DNA of 64,000 nucleotides from Candidatus Latescibacterota bacterium. GTDB lineage: Bacteria; Latescibacterota; UBA2968. The DNA is taken from the NCBI GenBank assembly GCA_965205975.1, contig OZ242195.1, positions 896,001 to 960,000 on the forward strand, written 5' to 3'. Under the pieces are notes generated by a model. It did no database searches and was not told where the DNA came from. It saw only the letters and a list, made by a program, of their open reading frames with translations. The position numbers and the translations under genes were made by a program. Positions 1-10,180 of the stretch are shown one piece after another; position 1 is the stretch's first letter; each line of letters begins with the position of its first letter.

Positions 1-1029
1 CCGGTTGATAGCAAGGTGATAGGTAAGGTTGTCAGCATTACGGATTACGGGGCTTTTGTCGAGTTGGAACAGGGTGTCGAAGGATTGGTCCACATTTCTG
101 AAATGTCGTGGACGCAGCATATTCGCCATCCTTCCAAACTGGTCTCCATTAGTGATGAAGTTGAGGTTATGGTCTTGCGCGTTGACCAGGAAGGGCAAAA
201 AATTTCGTTGGGTCTCAAGCAGGTACAGCCCGATCCCTGGGAAGATCTCGACCACAAATACCCTTCAGGTACACCTCTTCGAGGCATTGTACGCAATTTG
301 ACCAATTTTGGAGCCTTTGTCGAAATTGAAGAGGGGATTGATGGGCTGGTACATATTTCCGATATGTCCTGGACCAAGCGCATTCGCCATCCAAGCGAGG
401 TAATAAAAAAAGGCCAGGAATTGGATATTGTTGTGCTCAATATTGATAAAGAGCGGCGGCGCATCTCGCTGGGACACAAACAGACTATTGAAAATCCCTG
501 GGCAAAACTGGCCGTTACCTATGCTGTGGGAAATGCCGTAGAAGGTACTATTTCACGTGTTCTCGAACGCGGGGTGGTCGTTGACCTCGAAGGCCATGTA
601 GAGGGATTTGTGCCGGTCTCTCAACTGGGTATTGATGACCTTCAACGTCCCGATGAATATTTCGAGGAAGGCGATGAGATGCCGCTGAAAGTCGTGGAGT
701 TTGACGAAGATCAAAAGAAAATTGTATTGAGCGTGCGAGAGCGTTTGCGCGATGCAGATCAAGATGAAATAGACGCTTTTCATGCAGCACATCCTCGACG
801 CGAAAGCACAGAAGTAGCAGTGGAAGATGAAGTCGCCGAAGAAGAAGTCGAGGTAGAAGCGGAGGCAGAGGTAGAGGTGGTAGCTGAGACAGAGGATGAA
901 GAGGTAGTGGAAGCCGAAGCTGAAGTGGAAGCCGAAGCTGAAGTGGAAGCAGAGGTAGAAGCTGAAGCGGAAGCTGAGGAAGAAGCTGAGGAAGAAGAGG
1001 AAAAAGCACAGAGTAGTAAAGAGGAATAA
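1..1029 (+). CDS. rpsA: 30S ribosomal protein S1, C-terminal part (5' end outside window)
   Basis: Three S1 repeats (YGAFVELEQGVEGLVHISEMSW; FGAFVEIEEGIDGLVHISDMSW), followed by a long Glu/Ala/Val-rich tail. Confidence 0.96.
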   Translation, partial: PVDSKVIGKVVSITDYGAFVELEQGVEGLVHISEMSWTQHIRHPSKLVSISDEVEVMVLRVDQEGQKISLGLKQVQPDPWEDLDHKYPSGTPLRGIVRNLTNFGAFVEIEEGIDGLVHISDMSWTKRIRHPSEVIKKGQELDIVVLNIDKERRRISLGHKQTIENPWAKLAVTYAVGNAVEGTISRVLERGVVVDLEGHVEGFVPVSQLGIDDLQRPDEYFEEGDEMPLKVVEFDEDQKKIVLSVRERLRDADQDEIDAFHAAHPRRESTEVAVEDEVAEEEVEVEAEAEVEVVAETEDEEVVEAEAEVEAEAEVEAEVEAEAEAEEEAEEEEEKAQSSKEE

Positions 1030-1110
1030 GATTGCTCAGATGTGTCAAGAGGTTGCAAAGCGTTGGGGCATATCGTCTCAACGCTTTGTTTTTGCAAATG
1101 GCTGATTTTT

Positions 1111-2466
1111 ATGCGAGATCAAAAGACAGTTGCGTTTTATACACTGGGTTGTAAGCTCAATGCCTATGACACGCAGTGGTATGCCGAGCAGTTTGTGGCG
1201 CAGGGTTATCGCGAGGTGCCGTTTGGGGAACTCGCAGATGTTACTGTGGTCAATACATGTACCGTGACTGGTCAAGGGGATGCACAGTCGCGCAAGGCAT
1301 TGCGCAAAGCGCATCGGATTTCGCCTACAGGTACCGTGGTTGCGGTGGGGTGTTATGCACAAACCGATCCAGATGCCCTATCTGCAATGCCCGAAGTCGA
1401 TCTGGTGGTAGGGACAACGGAGCGGACGCAACTCCTGGATCTGGTAAATAATACCTGTTCTTTGGGGCGCACATTTGTAACGCGCAGTCGCACGGCTGAT
1501 TTTCAGGATATGGATATTTACAATTTTGGCGGACGCGCTCGAGCTTTTGTCAAAATTCAGGAAGGTTGCAATGAGTTTTGCTCGTTTTGCATTATTCCGT
1601 TTGCGCGTGGGCGAAGTCGCAGTCGCACGCTTGAGAGTACCGTATTGCAGGTCGAAAAGTTGGTGGTAGCGGGCTATCGAGAGGTGGTGTTGACGGGGGT
1701 ACATATTGGCGATTACGGTGTGGATTTGGAGGCGCGCGATTTGTTGGCGGTGCTGGAGGCTATTGAGGGGATCAATGGGTTGGAGCGTTTTCGCGTGAGT
1801 TCGATTGAAGCGACTTATGTGACCGATGCCATGATCGACTTTTTTGCGTCGAGCCAGAAATTTTGCAGGCATTTGCACATACCATTGCAAAGCGGTGATA
1901 ATGGCGTGTTGAAGGCGATGCGCCGCCCCTATACGCGGGAGCAGTATATTGCGTTGATTGAAAAACTCGCGGACCGGATTCCCGATGTGGGGATTGGCGG
2001 CGATGTGATGGTGGGGTTTCCCGGTGAGTCGGATGAGGCATTTCACAATACGCGCGATTTGATAGCCAATCATCCCCTGACGTATTTGCACGTATTTCCG
2101 TATTCGCCGCGCGGTAAAACGCCTGCAGCGCGCATGACGAATCAGGTTGATTCACAGGTAAAAAAGCAACGCGGCGCAATACTTCGCGAATTGGGGCAGC
2201 AAAAGGTGGCGGCATTTCAAGCGCGGTTTATTGGGCGAACATTGCCCGTGCTTTTTGAGAATCGCCGCAATGAGCAGCTTTTACAGGGGTTGACCGATAA
2301 TTATATCCGGGTGGTTGCGCCCGCACCAGATGCTGCGTGTGAACAGATTGTCGATGTGCGCTTGCAGCGGGTTGAAGCCGATGTGGTCGTCGGAGAATTG
2401 GCGGGTTATGAGCGCAAAATAGTACAGCGTCACGCGCGGGAGTTATTACAGTTGCAGAGTGCATAA
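1111..2466 (+). CDS. mtaB: tRNA t6A37 methylthiotransferase (radical SAM, MiaB family)
   Basis: N-terminal TLGCKLN..NTCTVT..GCYAQ, CxxxCxxC (CNEFCSFC), SSIE and HVFPYSPR motifs; likely start ATG 1111. Confidence 0.92.
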   Translation: MRDQKTVAFYTLGCKLNAYDTQWYAEQFVAQGYREVPFGELADVTVVNTCTVTGQGDAQSRKALRKAHRISPTGTVVAVGCYAQTDPDALSAMPEVDLVVGTTERTQLLDLVNNTCSLGRTFVTRSRTADFQDMDIYNFGGRARAFVKIQEGCNEFCSFCIIPFARGRSRSRTLESTVLQVEKLVVAGYREVVLTGVHIGDYGVDLEARDLLAVLEAIEGINGLERFRVSSIEATYVTDAMIDFFASSQKFCRHLHIPLQSGDNGVLKAMRRPYTREQYIALIEKLADRIPDVGIGGDVMVGFPGESDEAFHNTRDLIANHPLTYLHVFPYSPRGKTPAARMTNQVDSQVKKQRGAILRELGQQKVAAFQARFIGRTLPVLFENRRNEQLLQGLTDNYIRVVAPAPDAACEQIVDVRLQRVEADVVVGELAGYERKIVQRHARELLQLQSA

Positions 2467-2485
2467 CGCGAAATTTGGACAGAAC

Positions 2486-2520
2486 AGGCCGATTCCAAAG
2501 GGAATTGGCCTTTTTTTTTT
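2486..2520 (+). terminator. Rho-independent terminator after rpsA-mtaB
   Basis: Hairpin AGGCCGATTCC-aaag-GGAATTGGCCT followed by a T run. Confidence 0.9.
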
Positions 2521-2607
2521 CAAAATTCTGAGTATATTCGATGAGAAAGAATTTTTGCGTTTGTTAAAGGCGATTATCGCGGTCCAACAAAATAAAGGAG
2601 TGAGGCT

Positions 2608-3174
2608 ATGTCTTTTAATGCAGGTACTTATGGCGATGTTTTTGCGGAATTGATTTCCGAAAAGCGATTGAATCCACTGGATGGCGGCGAAGAGAATACT
2701 GCGGCGAAAAGCGCGCTCGACGCATTGACTGTGGCGTCTGCATTTGCCGGGAAAACAGTAGTGGATGAAGATATGGCACAGGCCTGTATTTCTGGCATGT
2801 GGTTGTATCACAACTTTTTAGATGCGTCTCACACCATCAGCCAGGGCATTCATACGGCGACTGGAAGTTATTGGCACGGCATCATGCATCGCCGCGAACC
2901 CGATTTTTCCAATTCAAAATACTGGTTTGGCAAAGTGGGCAACCACGCCATTTTTGACGATTTGTGCAAGGCGGCGGTCAGCATTGCGGGTGGTGTTTCC
3001 GGTGCGCCAGAGTTTTTGACGACGCAAGCACATTGGGATGCAGGTGCCTATGTTGACCTGTGTGCCGATGCTCTTGAAGGGCGCTCAGCACACGACGCGC
3101 TTTGCCGCGAGATTCAATTGCGGGAGTGGGAGTTATTATTTGATTATTCGTATCGAAAAGCGGTTGGGGAATGA
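2608..3174 (+). CDS. Conserved hypothetical protein
   Basis: RBS AAGGAG; 188 aa with conserved-looking SHTISQ..YWHGIMHRREPDFSNSKYWF segment. Confidence 0.8.
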   Translation: MSFNAGTYGDVFAELISEKRLNPLDGGEENTAAKSALDALTVASAFAGKTVVDEDMAQACISGMWLYHNFLDASHTISQGIHTATGSYWHGIMHRREPDFSNSKYWFGKVGNHAIFDDLCKAAVSIAGGVSGAPEFLTTQAHWDAGAYVDLCADALEGRSAHDALCREIQLREWELLFDYSYRKAVGE

Positions 3175-3195
3175 GAAGCCTTTAGAGGATTTGGG

Positions 3196-5838
3196 ATGGC
3201 GACACAACTGACACCGGCGATGGAACAGTACGCGCGTTTTAAGGAGCAGCATCCGGATGCGATTTTGCTGTTTCGGATGGGCGATTTTTACGAGACGTTT
3301 TACGACGATGCCGTTGTTGCATCTCAGCTTTTGGGATTGACGTTGACATCGCGTAACAATGGGCGTGCAGATCGCATCCCACTGGCAGGTGTTCCGTATC
3401 ACGCGCTGGATACCTATCTCGCAAGGCTTATCAAAGCCGGTAAAAAAGTGGCGATTTGCGAGCAGATGGAGCCGCCGCAAAAGGGCAAAAAAGTGGTGCG
3501 CCGCGAGGTGGTGCAGGTTGTATCGCCGGGAACGGTAATGTCCGATGATTTGCTCGATCAAAAGCGCAATAATTATCTTGTGGGCATTTATGTTTCTGAC
3601 GATCAATTGGGCATGGCAACAGCGGATTTGTCAACGGGAATGTTCAGGGCATCGGAACGCGCGGCAGATGATTTGTGGGAGATATTGGAGCGCGTGGCTC
3701 CCGCAGAGGTGCTGGCGCCCGAGGCGTGGGTCAAAGACAACGAAGCCGAGTTTGAAGCGCGGATGCCGGGTGCTTTGCTCACGCATATAGAAGATTGGCA
3801 TTTTGGACAGCATTATGCGTACGATACACTGAAGGATCATTTCAAGGTGGCGTCTCTCAAGGGCTTTGGATGCGATGATCTCACCGTTGGGATATGCGCC
3901 GCGGGCGGGGTGCTGTGTTATTTGCGCGAAAATCAAAAGGGAGCCGTATCCCATATTACGCGATTGGCGCGCGAACACACCGAGTCGGTGATGGAATTGG
4001 ATCTGGTGACACAGCGCAATCTGGAACTGGTTACAACCATTCAAGAGGGGCGGCGCGAGGGTACGTTGTTTGGGGTTTTAGATCAGACGTGTACGCCGCA
4101 GGGCGCGCGGACACTGCGCACATGGCTATCACAACCGCTTGTGGATGTTGGTCGCATTGATGCGCGCTTAGATGCAGTACAAGAATTTGTCGAATCTGCG
4201 GCGTGTCGGGACGAGGCGCGAGAGGCGTTGCGCGGTGTTGGAGACATGGAGCGGTTGATGTCCCGAATTTGTTGCAATCGGGCCAATCCACGTGAGCTTG
4301 TGGCTCTCCAGCGGTCTCTGGAAGCAGTTGTTCCACTGCGAGAAACCCTGCGTGAATTTCGCGCTGATTTGCTGGTGCGGGCGCGGGATCAGGGCATGCC
4401 GGATCTGACAGAGTTGATTGATTTGATTGCCCACACGCTTGAAGACGATCCACCTGCGCAGATTAGCGATGGCGGATATATTAGAACGGGCTATCACAAG
4501 GAACTGGACGAGTTACGGGAAATCGCATCGGGCGGGCGCGATTGGGTTGCCAACTTGCAGGCAGATGAACGCGAGAAAACGGGTATTGCGTCGTTGAAGG
4601 TGGGGTATAACAAGGCATTTGGATACTATATTGAGGTCACCAAGGCCAATCAGGATAAGGTGCCCGCGTATTTTGTTCGGAAGCAAACGCTGGTCAATGC
4701 CGAGCGGTATATCACGCCGGAGTTGAAGGATTGGGAGGCGAAAATTTTGGGCGCAGATGAGCGGGCCAGGGATCTCGAGCGCGATTTGTTTGCCGCGTTG
4801 CGAGAAGAGGTAGCCGGTTGGGTGGAGCCCGTGCAGCGCACGGCGCTATCCGTGGCCACCGTAGATGTGTTGAGCACACTGGCCGAGGTGGCATCGTCCA
4901 ATGATTATGTGCGTCCCCAGGTGGATAATAGCGTGCGTATTGATGTGAAGGATGGGCGACATCCCGCGGTTGAGCAGTTGCTTCCGGGCGGGCAGTTTGT
5001 GCCCAATGATCTGACGATTGACGGCGAGAAAGATCAAATTTTGCTGATTACTGGCCCAAATATGTCGGGGAAATCGACGATTTTGCGCCAGACCGGGTTG
5101 ATTGCGCTTTTGGCGCAGGTCGGCAGTTTTGTGCCAGCGCGCGAGGCGCGTATTGGGGTGGTGGATCGCATTTTTACACGGGTGGGCGCATCCGATAATC
5201 TGGCGCGGGGCGAGAGTACGTTTTTGGTGGAGATGAATGAGGCGGCGAATATTTTGAATAATGCGACGCCGAAGAGTCTGGTGCTTTTGGACGAGATCGG
5301 GCGCGGGACGAGTACGTTTGACGGGTTGAGCATTGCCTGGGCTATGACGGAGTATTTGCACAATGCCGAACAGATTCAGCCGCGGACGTTGTTTGCAACG
5401 CATTATCACGAGTTGACAGAGTTGGAAGATTTGCTGCCGCGGGTGGTGAATTACAGCGTTGCTGTGCGCGAGGCGGGCGATACCATCGCGTTTTTACACA
5501 AGTTGGTGCCGGGCGGGTGCGATCACAGCTACGGCATTGAGGTGGCGCGTCTGGCCGGGATGCCAGCAGAGATGATTGCGCGGGCAAAGGAGATTTTGAA
5601 TCGGCTGGAGCAGAACGATCTGTCGGTGGGGTCAAAACCCCAACCCGATCGCGTGAGGGAGAATGGGCAGATGCCGCTGTTTGCGCCGGTAGAAGAAGTG
5701 AAGGTTGAGCGGGAAGATCACCCGATGCTGTCTGAGTTGCGCGATTTAGATATCACACATCTCACACCGGTTGAGGCGCTGGTAAAATTAGATGGGTGGA
5801 AGCGGGCGTTGATACAGGAATCACAACATGGCTCTTGA
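3196..5838 (+). CDS. mutS: DNA mismatch repair protein MutS
   Basis: FRMGDFYE mismatch-binding motif, Walker A TGPNMSGKST, STFLVEM, DEIGRGTST, FATHYHEL. Confidence 0.98.
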   Translation: MATQLTPAMEQYARFKEQHPDAILLFRMGDFYETFYDDAVVASQLLGLTLTSRNNGRADRIPLAGVPYHALDTYLARLIKAGKKVAICEQMEPPQKGKKVVRREVVQVVSPGTVMSDDLLDQKRNNYLVGIYVSDDQLGMATADLSTGMFRASERAADDLWEILERVAPAEVLAPEAWVKDNEAEFEARMPGALLTHIEDWHFGQHYAYDTLKDHFKVASLKGFGCDDLTVGICAAGGVLCYLRENQKGAVSHITRLAREHTESVMELDLVTQRNLELVTTIQEGRREGTLFGVLDQTCTPQGARTLRTWLSQPLVDVGRIDARLDAVQEFVESAACRDEAREALRGVGDMERLMSRICCNRANPRELVALQRSLEAVVPLRETLREFRADLLVRARDQGMPDLTELIDLIAHTLEDDPPAQISDGGYIRTGYHKELDELREIASGGRDWVANLQADEREKTGIASLKVGYNKAFGYYIEVTKANQDKVPAYFVRKQTLVNAERYITPELKDWEAKILGADERARDLERDLFAALREEVAGWVEPVQRTALSVATVDVLSTLAEVASSNDYVRPQVDNSVRIDVKDGRHPAVEQLLPGGQFVPNDLTIDGEKDQILLITGPNMSGKSTILRQTGLIALLAQVGSFVPAREARIGVVDRIFTRVGASDNLARGESTFLVEMNEAANILNNATPKSLVLLDEIGRGTSTFDGLSIAWAMTEYLHNAEQIQPRTLFATHYHELTELEDLLPRVVNYSVAVREAGDTIAFLHKLVPGGCDHSYGIEVARLAGMPAEMIARAKEILNRLEQNDLSVGSKPQPDRVRENGQMPLFAPVEEVKVEREDHPMLSELRDLDITHLTPVEALVKLDGWKRALIQESQHGS

Positions 5839-6178
5839 AACGAGAATGACCATACCCGACATTCACAAAAAAATTGAGGAAATGGCACAGCGTCTGGTTG
5901 AACAATTTAACCCAGATAAAATTGTCCTTTTTGGCTCTTATGCCAGAGGTGATGTGGGGATAGATAGCGATGTAGATTTGCTGGTGGTCAAACCCATTGT
6001 TGGCTCTAAGCGCGAAGCACGCATTGCCATGCGAATGGCCGTTAGGGGACTGGGGATCGCAAAAGATATTGTGTTGGCTACCCCTGAAGACATAGCAAAA
6101 TATCAAAATGTGGTTGGCACAGTCATTCGATCCGCGCTGAATGAGGGAAAGGTCTTGTATGAACGCGCCGAATCATAG
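5828..6178 (+). CDS. Minimal nucleotidyltransferase (MNT) antitoxin
   Basis: LFGSYARG...SDVDLLVV motif; adjacent HEPN gene. Confidence 0.9.
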   Translation: MALETRMTIPDIHKKIEEMAQRLVEQFNPDKIVLFGSYARGDVGIDSDVDLLVVKPIVGSKREARIAMRMAVRGLGIAKDIVLATPEDIAKYQNVVGTVIRSALNEGKVLYERAES

Positions 6179-6566
6179 TAAAGAGGTTGCAAAACAGTGG
6201 GTGGAAAAAGCAGAGGAGGATTTTCGCAATGCAGAATATACCCTCACGATGCCCCAAAATTGTCCCTATAGCACAGTCTGTTTTCATTGTCAACAGTGTG
6301 TAGAAAAATATATCAAAGCTATGTTGGTCTTACATGAGGTAGAATTTCCACGGATTCACGACATTGGCGAGTTGATCGGATTGCTGCCCGAAAATATGCC
6401 CTTATCACTTACGGACGAAGAACAAGAACGATTATCGGATTATGCAGTTATGGTTCGATATCCAATGGAGGTAGAACCAATTACTGAGTCTGATGCAAAG
6501 AGCGCACTTCTCATTACCAAACGCGTTCGAGCAGTTGCCCGACAATTGATGCAAAAGATATTTTGA
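6159..6566 (+). CDS. HEPN domain protein (MNT-HEPN toxin)
   Basis: W..KAEEDF..A, CFHCQQCVEKYIKA, HDIGEL, YAVMVRYP; overlaps the MNT gene end. Confidence 0.9.
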   Translation: MNAPNHSKEVAKQWVEKAEEDFRNAEYTLTMPQNCPYSTVCFHCQQCVEKYIKAMLVLHEVEFPRIHDIGELIGLLPENMPLSLTDEEQERLSDYAVMVRYPMEVEPITESDAKSALLITKRVRAVARQLMQKIF

Positions 6567-6599
6567 TACACATAACCGCCAAGAGAAATTTTTTTATAC

Positions 6600-6667
6600 T
6601 CACATATCTCACGTCTGTTGAGGCACTGGTAAAATTAGATGCGTGGAAGCGGGCGTTGGAAGAATGA
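6600..6667 (+). repeat. Diverged direct copy of the mutS 3' end
   Basis: 6600-6658 aligns to 5753-5811 with 6 mismatches in 59 bp; reads TYLTSVEALVKLDAWKRALEE* versus mutS THLTPVEALVKLDGWKRAL... Confidence 0.92.
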
Positions 6668-6683
6668 TCAGGAGATAGATGAA

Positions 6684-7187
6684 ATGGCAACTGTTGATTT
6701 GAGGACGGAAGCAAAACAGATTCTCGATAAGCTCTCCGATGAGAGTTTAGAGGTGGTAATCAGTTTGCTGAGTTCTCTCAAAAACCGAGAGTGCCCCAAA
6801 CGGACGGATCTGTTGTCAATCTATCCGTGGGTTCAGTATCTGTCCGATGCGGAATGCGATGAATTTTTCGAGGAACTCTCAAATGCCGCAAAGGACAATG
6901 GTACAGGTGTTGATGAAGTGGTCAACGCCTGGCGGGAGACAGCAGAAATCCTATCTGACCCTGACACGATGGCCGACATTGCCGAATCGGAAAAACAAAT
7001 TGCAGATAGCGAGAGTCGTCTGGAAAACACTGCGCCCGAGATTGATTGGCTTGATACCGAATACATGGAAAAGGCACGAACAGAAGCCGACGATTCAATT
7101 ACCCTCGGATTAGTGCGAAAAGCACTCGCCAAAATTCCAGGCTCAATGAGCGACTTCATCATCTCTGAGCGCGAGGATCGCGTTTAA
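6684..7187 (+). CDS. Putative antitoxin (composite), partner of the downstream PIN toxin
   Basis: RBS AGGAG; AWRETAEILSDP..MADI resembles a Phd/YefM C-terminus; stop overlaps the PIN start. Confidence 0.65.
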   Translation: MATVDLRTEAKQILDKLSDESLEVVISLLSSLKNRECPKRTDLLSIYPWVQYLSDAECDEFFEELSNAAKDNGTGVDEVVNAWRETAEILSDPDTMADIAESEKQIADSESRLENTAPEIDWLDTEYMEKARTEADDSITLGLVRKALAKIPGSMSDFIISEREDRV

Positions 7188-7654
7188 TGGTCGTGTACTA
7201 TCACGATACCAGTGCATTGGTGAAGCACTACCACGAGGAAATAGGCACGGCAGTTGTTGACCAGATTATATCCGTACCAAACAACAGCCACTACCTCTCC
7301 CGGCTTGCAGGTATCGAACTTCGGTCAGCTTCAGCAAAAAATGTCAGGATGGATCTCATCACAGTAGTAGATTTTCATAACTTGCATGGAAAGTTTCAGG
7401 CCGATATCAGGAATGGCCAGTTTCAGATTCTCCACTTGCTGTCGAGACACCTTCAGAAGGCTGAAAACCTGATTATACAACACGCGACCACGAACAGCTT
7501 ACGAACATTGGATGCCATTCAACTCGCTGTCGCCCTCGATTTTCATCAACGGCACAGACTCGATTTTTTTGTATGTGCCGACGCGAATCTGTGCATGGTT
7601 GCAATAGCTGAAGGTTTAGCTGTTATAAATCCAGTGACGCATACTCCTGAATAA
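7187..7654 (+). CDS. vapC: PIN-domain (VapC-type) toxin
   Basis: YHDTSALVKHYHEE...LRTLDAIQLAVA...FVCADANL motifs. Confidence 0.88.
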   Translation: MVVYYHDTSALVKHYHEEIGTAVVDQIISVPNNSHYLSRLAGIELRSASAKNVRMDLITVVDFHNLHGKFQADIRNGQFQILHLLSRHLQKAENLIIQHATTNSLRTLDAIQLAVALDFHQRHRLDFFVCADANLCMVAIAEGLAVINPVTHTPE

Positions 7655-8005
7655 AGGGGATTATGTAGTTAAGTGACCAAAATTACCCTAAGAAAAAGAG
7701 GCATAGAGGACAAACCTGAGCTTAGGTACAGTATTTTTGTACCAAGGAGGGCGGTGTGCTACGTCTGGGCGAACTTTGGCGAGTCTCTCAGAGCAGTAGC
7801 ACACGGCAATCCGCCAGAACAACCACACAGAAAGAGGTCTTTCTATGCACAGATATTCATAGCGGATGAATGAGAGGAATGATGATGTTAAGTAAGGAGA
7901 TCAGTCCGAAAAAGGGGACTGCTAAGTAAAGAAACACAATGACCTGTGTCAAGAATTTTTTGCAAGGAGGAATGGTGTGAAAAAACATTATTGGATTTCT
8001 ATTAT

Positions 8006-9369
8006 CAATACTGTGAACAGTTTTAAGCGGCGCGTGCGCCATAATCCTTAAGGGATTGATATTCAGGTCGTTTTTTGATGCAAGTGTGCTCCAACCCGAA
8101 GATGCGAATAATTCGATTGAGATAATGTTGATTGAATGCCCTGATTTTCACACTGCCCATAGAGAAGCGATGCACGCCGTCCTTCTTTTTCGCGTTGAGG
8201 CATTCAGATTTGGCCAAATTTAAGGTGGTCAAAGACGCATTAAAATGAAAGTCGAGGCGTGCCTGATCCCGTGCTTGAGAATCGGCCAGACCTGTAAACT
8301 GTTTGGCATCGCGGAAGAGAAACTCTATTTGGAAGCGTGCTTTGTAATAGCGATAGACCTGCCAAGCATCGAGTGTCTCATCTGTAGAAAAGAGAATCAC
8401 ATAGCAGGGTGTTTCGCCTTCTGCTTGTTTGAGCAGGACAACGACTTTGAGATTGCGGTTAAATGAGATATGGTTGAGCAGCCCGCTATAAAGGGTCAGG
8501 TCATCCTCTTGGCCTACAAAGTCAAATCGGGACAGGTCTTGCCAATTGACCTTGCCATCATAAGTTTTCTGTCGTCCTCTGCCTGGTCTTTTGGGTCCTT
8601 TGTATAAATAGCGACAGTTGGCATCACATCGCAGTTTGCCTACAATATCCTTGTTCAAGGCGGTGATGCCGTCAATAAAATCGGCATTGGCAAAGCTGCC
8701 ATCCACGACGATATAGTGTTCACACGCAGCCAAATGGGGTGCCACCTTGCCGATATGGTCAAGATATTGTTGCATTCTTGTCGTATGCACATCTTTGTCC
8801 TTACCATGAGCCTCTTGACCCTTTCTTTTGGCTTCTTCTTGCGAGAGGGTCTGTTCGACAGACAAGGTCAGTGCCGTATGCTTTTTTATATCTACGACGG
8901 CTAACGCTGAAATTTCTAACCCTTTTTGTGCCTTTGAAGCACATCCGTTCCAAAACGCATCGCGTGAGAAGGTGTGCTTGCCTGCTTTTTTGATGAAACT
9001 GGGATCAAAGGCCAGGATGCGGTCACTTTCTTCTCCAAAGGTTTCATCAATCACCTGCCGATTAAATCGGATAAAGTCAAATGGCTTAGCAAAGTTGCGA
9101 GAATAGGTATGCTCACACAAATCACTATACCGACTCATATTGCGAAAGTTGATCTTCCCGCGTGTGACGAGAATCGTTGTAAAAAGGGTCAACAGAAATT
9201 TCTTTTGCGGTTTGGATATTTTTATGCGATTGAGTATCTTTATTGCCAGTTCCATTGTGCCGTCTCTCCAGATGTGGGGTATCTTTGACTTGGGCGTTTA
9301 AGACACCTTAAATCTGCGTGAACGGCACTTTTTTGTCAAAACTTCTATCTTTTTTTGTTCACAGTATTG
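8006..9369 (-). mobile_element. Complete insertion sequence (IS4/IS701-like DDE)
   Basis: Perfect 14-bp TIR CAATACTGTGAACA (8006-8019) / TGTTCACAGTATTG (9356-9369); 5-bp TSD ATTAT at 8001-8005 and 9370-9374. Confidence 0.93.
8023..9255 (-). CDS. DDE transposase
   Basis: AFDPSF, VVDGSF, and Y..R..IE..FR..KQ (YREK) motifs. Confidence 0.93.
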   Translation of the reverse strand: MELAIKILNRIKISKPQKKFLLTLFTTILVTRGKINFRNMSRYSDLCEHTYSRNFAKPFDFIRFNRQVIDETFGEESDRILAFDPSFIKKAGKHTFSRDAFWNGCASKAQKGLEISALAVVDIKKHTALTLSVEQTLSQEEAKRKGQEAHGKDKDVHTTRMQQYLDHIGKVAPHLAACEHYIVVDGSFANADFIDGITALNKDIVGKLRCDANCRYLYKGPKRPGRGRQKTYDGKVNWQDLSRFDFVGQEDDLTLYSGLLNHISFNRNLKVVVLLKQAEGETPCYVILFSTDETLDAWQVYRYYKARFQIEFLFRDAKQFTGLADSQARDQARLDFHFNASLTTLNLAKSECLNAKKKDGVHRFSMGSVKIRAFNQHYLNRIIRIFGLEHTCIKKRPEYQSLKDYGARAA

Positions 9370-10180
9370 ATTATTGGAGTTCTGGGCTTACTGGTTGCAT
9401 TTGGTCTGGGGGCCACAATAAGGCTTCCATTAAATACTGAAGCAAAAGAAGACCGCCCGACACAAAAGCCTCTATTGGACACCTCGTTACAAACAACTCC
9501 TTCAGGGTGCTGGGAGCCTGCAAAAGGAGAACAGGTTTGTGCGGAAGCTATTTGGAGATTTACAGGCCACAAGGAACACTCTGCTGTCGTGATAGTGAGC
9601 GGGACATATAAAGTGAATTGGGAGAACAGATCAACAAGACAATGGGCCGTGCGTTTTGAGCTTAAATTTTATGATAAGTATGGGTTTGAAATTTCATCAT
9701 TTCCGCCACCAAACACCAATAATTTCCCCCGCGATATTGATAAAGATTTCCAGTTTAAAATCAATCCCAACTCCCAACAAACAAAGGCAAAAGGTTTTTA
9801 TCTTCGGTTATCTAACCTGGAAGAGGCCAGCTCTATTTCTGAAATGAAAATTTTTGGGAGAGTATATTCGCCAAAGTGGGATCGTTGAAATGGAAATGAT
9901 ACATAATACACCAACTTCAAGAATTATCCCACCGAAACACGGGAGTATTTTCTGGTGGCATAATCCTCCATTCAGGGGGAAGAACATGAGTAAGGTATTT
10001 CTCTTTGGGTCGCCCATCAGATTTGGCAGACTTATCCCGTTTGACTTCCTTGCCAATATTTTCTAAATCCATGACAACTTACCTCCGGTGCGTAATGTTA
10101 TTCTCTGAAGTCCGCGTCTCCAGAAAGACGCGGACTTCGCTTTTTGTGCTGAGTACATGTACTCAAAAACAGGTCACAAG

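Larger units (their letters stand above)
7977..9888 (+). pseudogene. Membrane-anchored or secreted hypothetical protein interrupted by an IS (5' piece 7977-8005, 3' piece 9370-9888)
   Basis: RBS AAGGAGG + GTG 7977; removing the IS and one ATTAT restores MKKHYWISIIGVLGLLVAFGLG... in frame. Confidence 0.8.
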
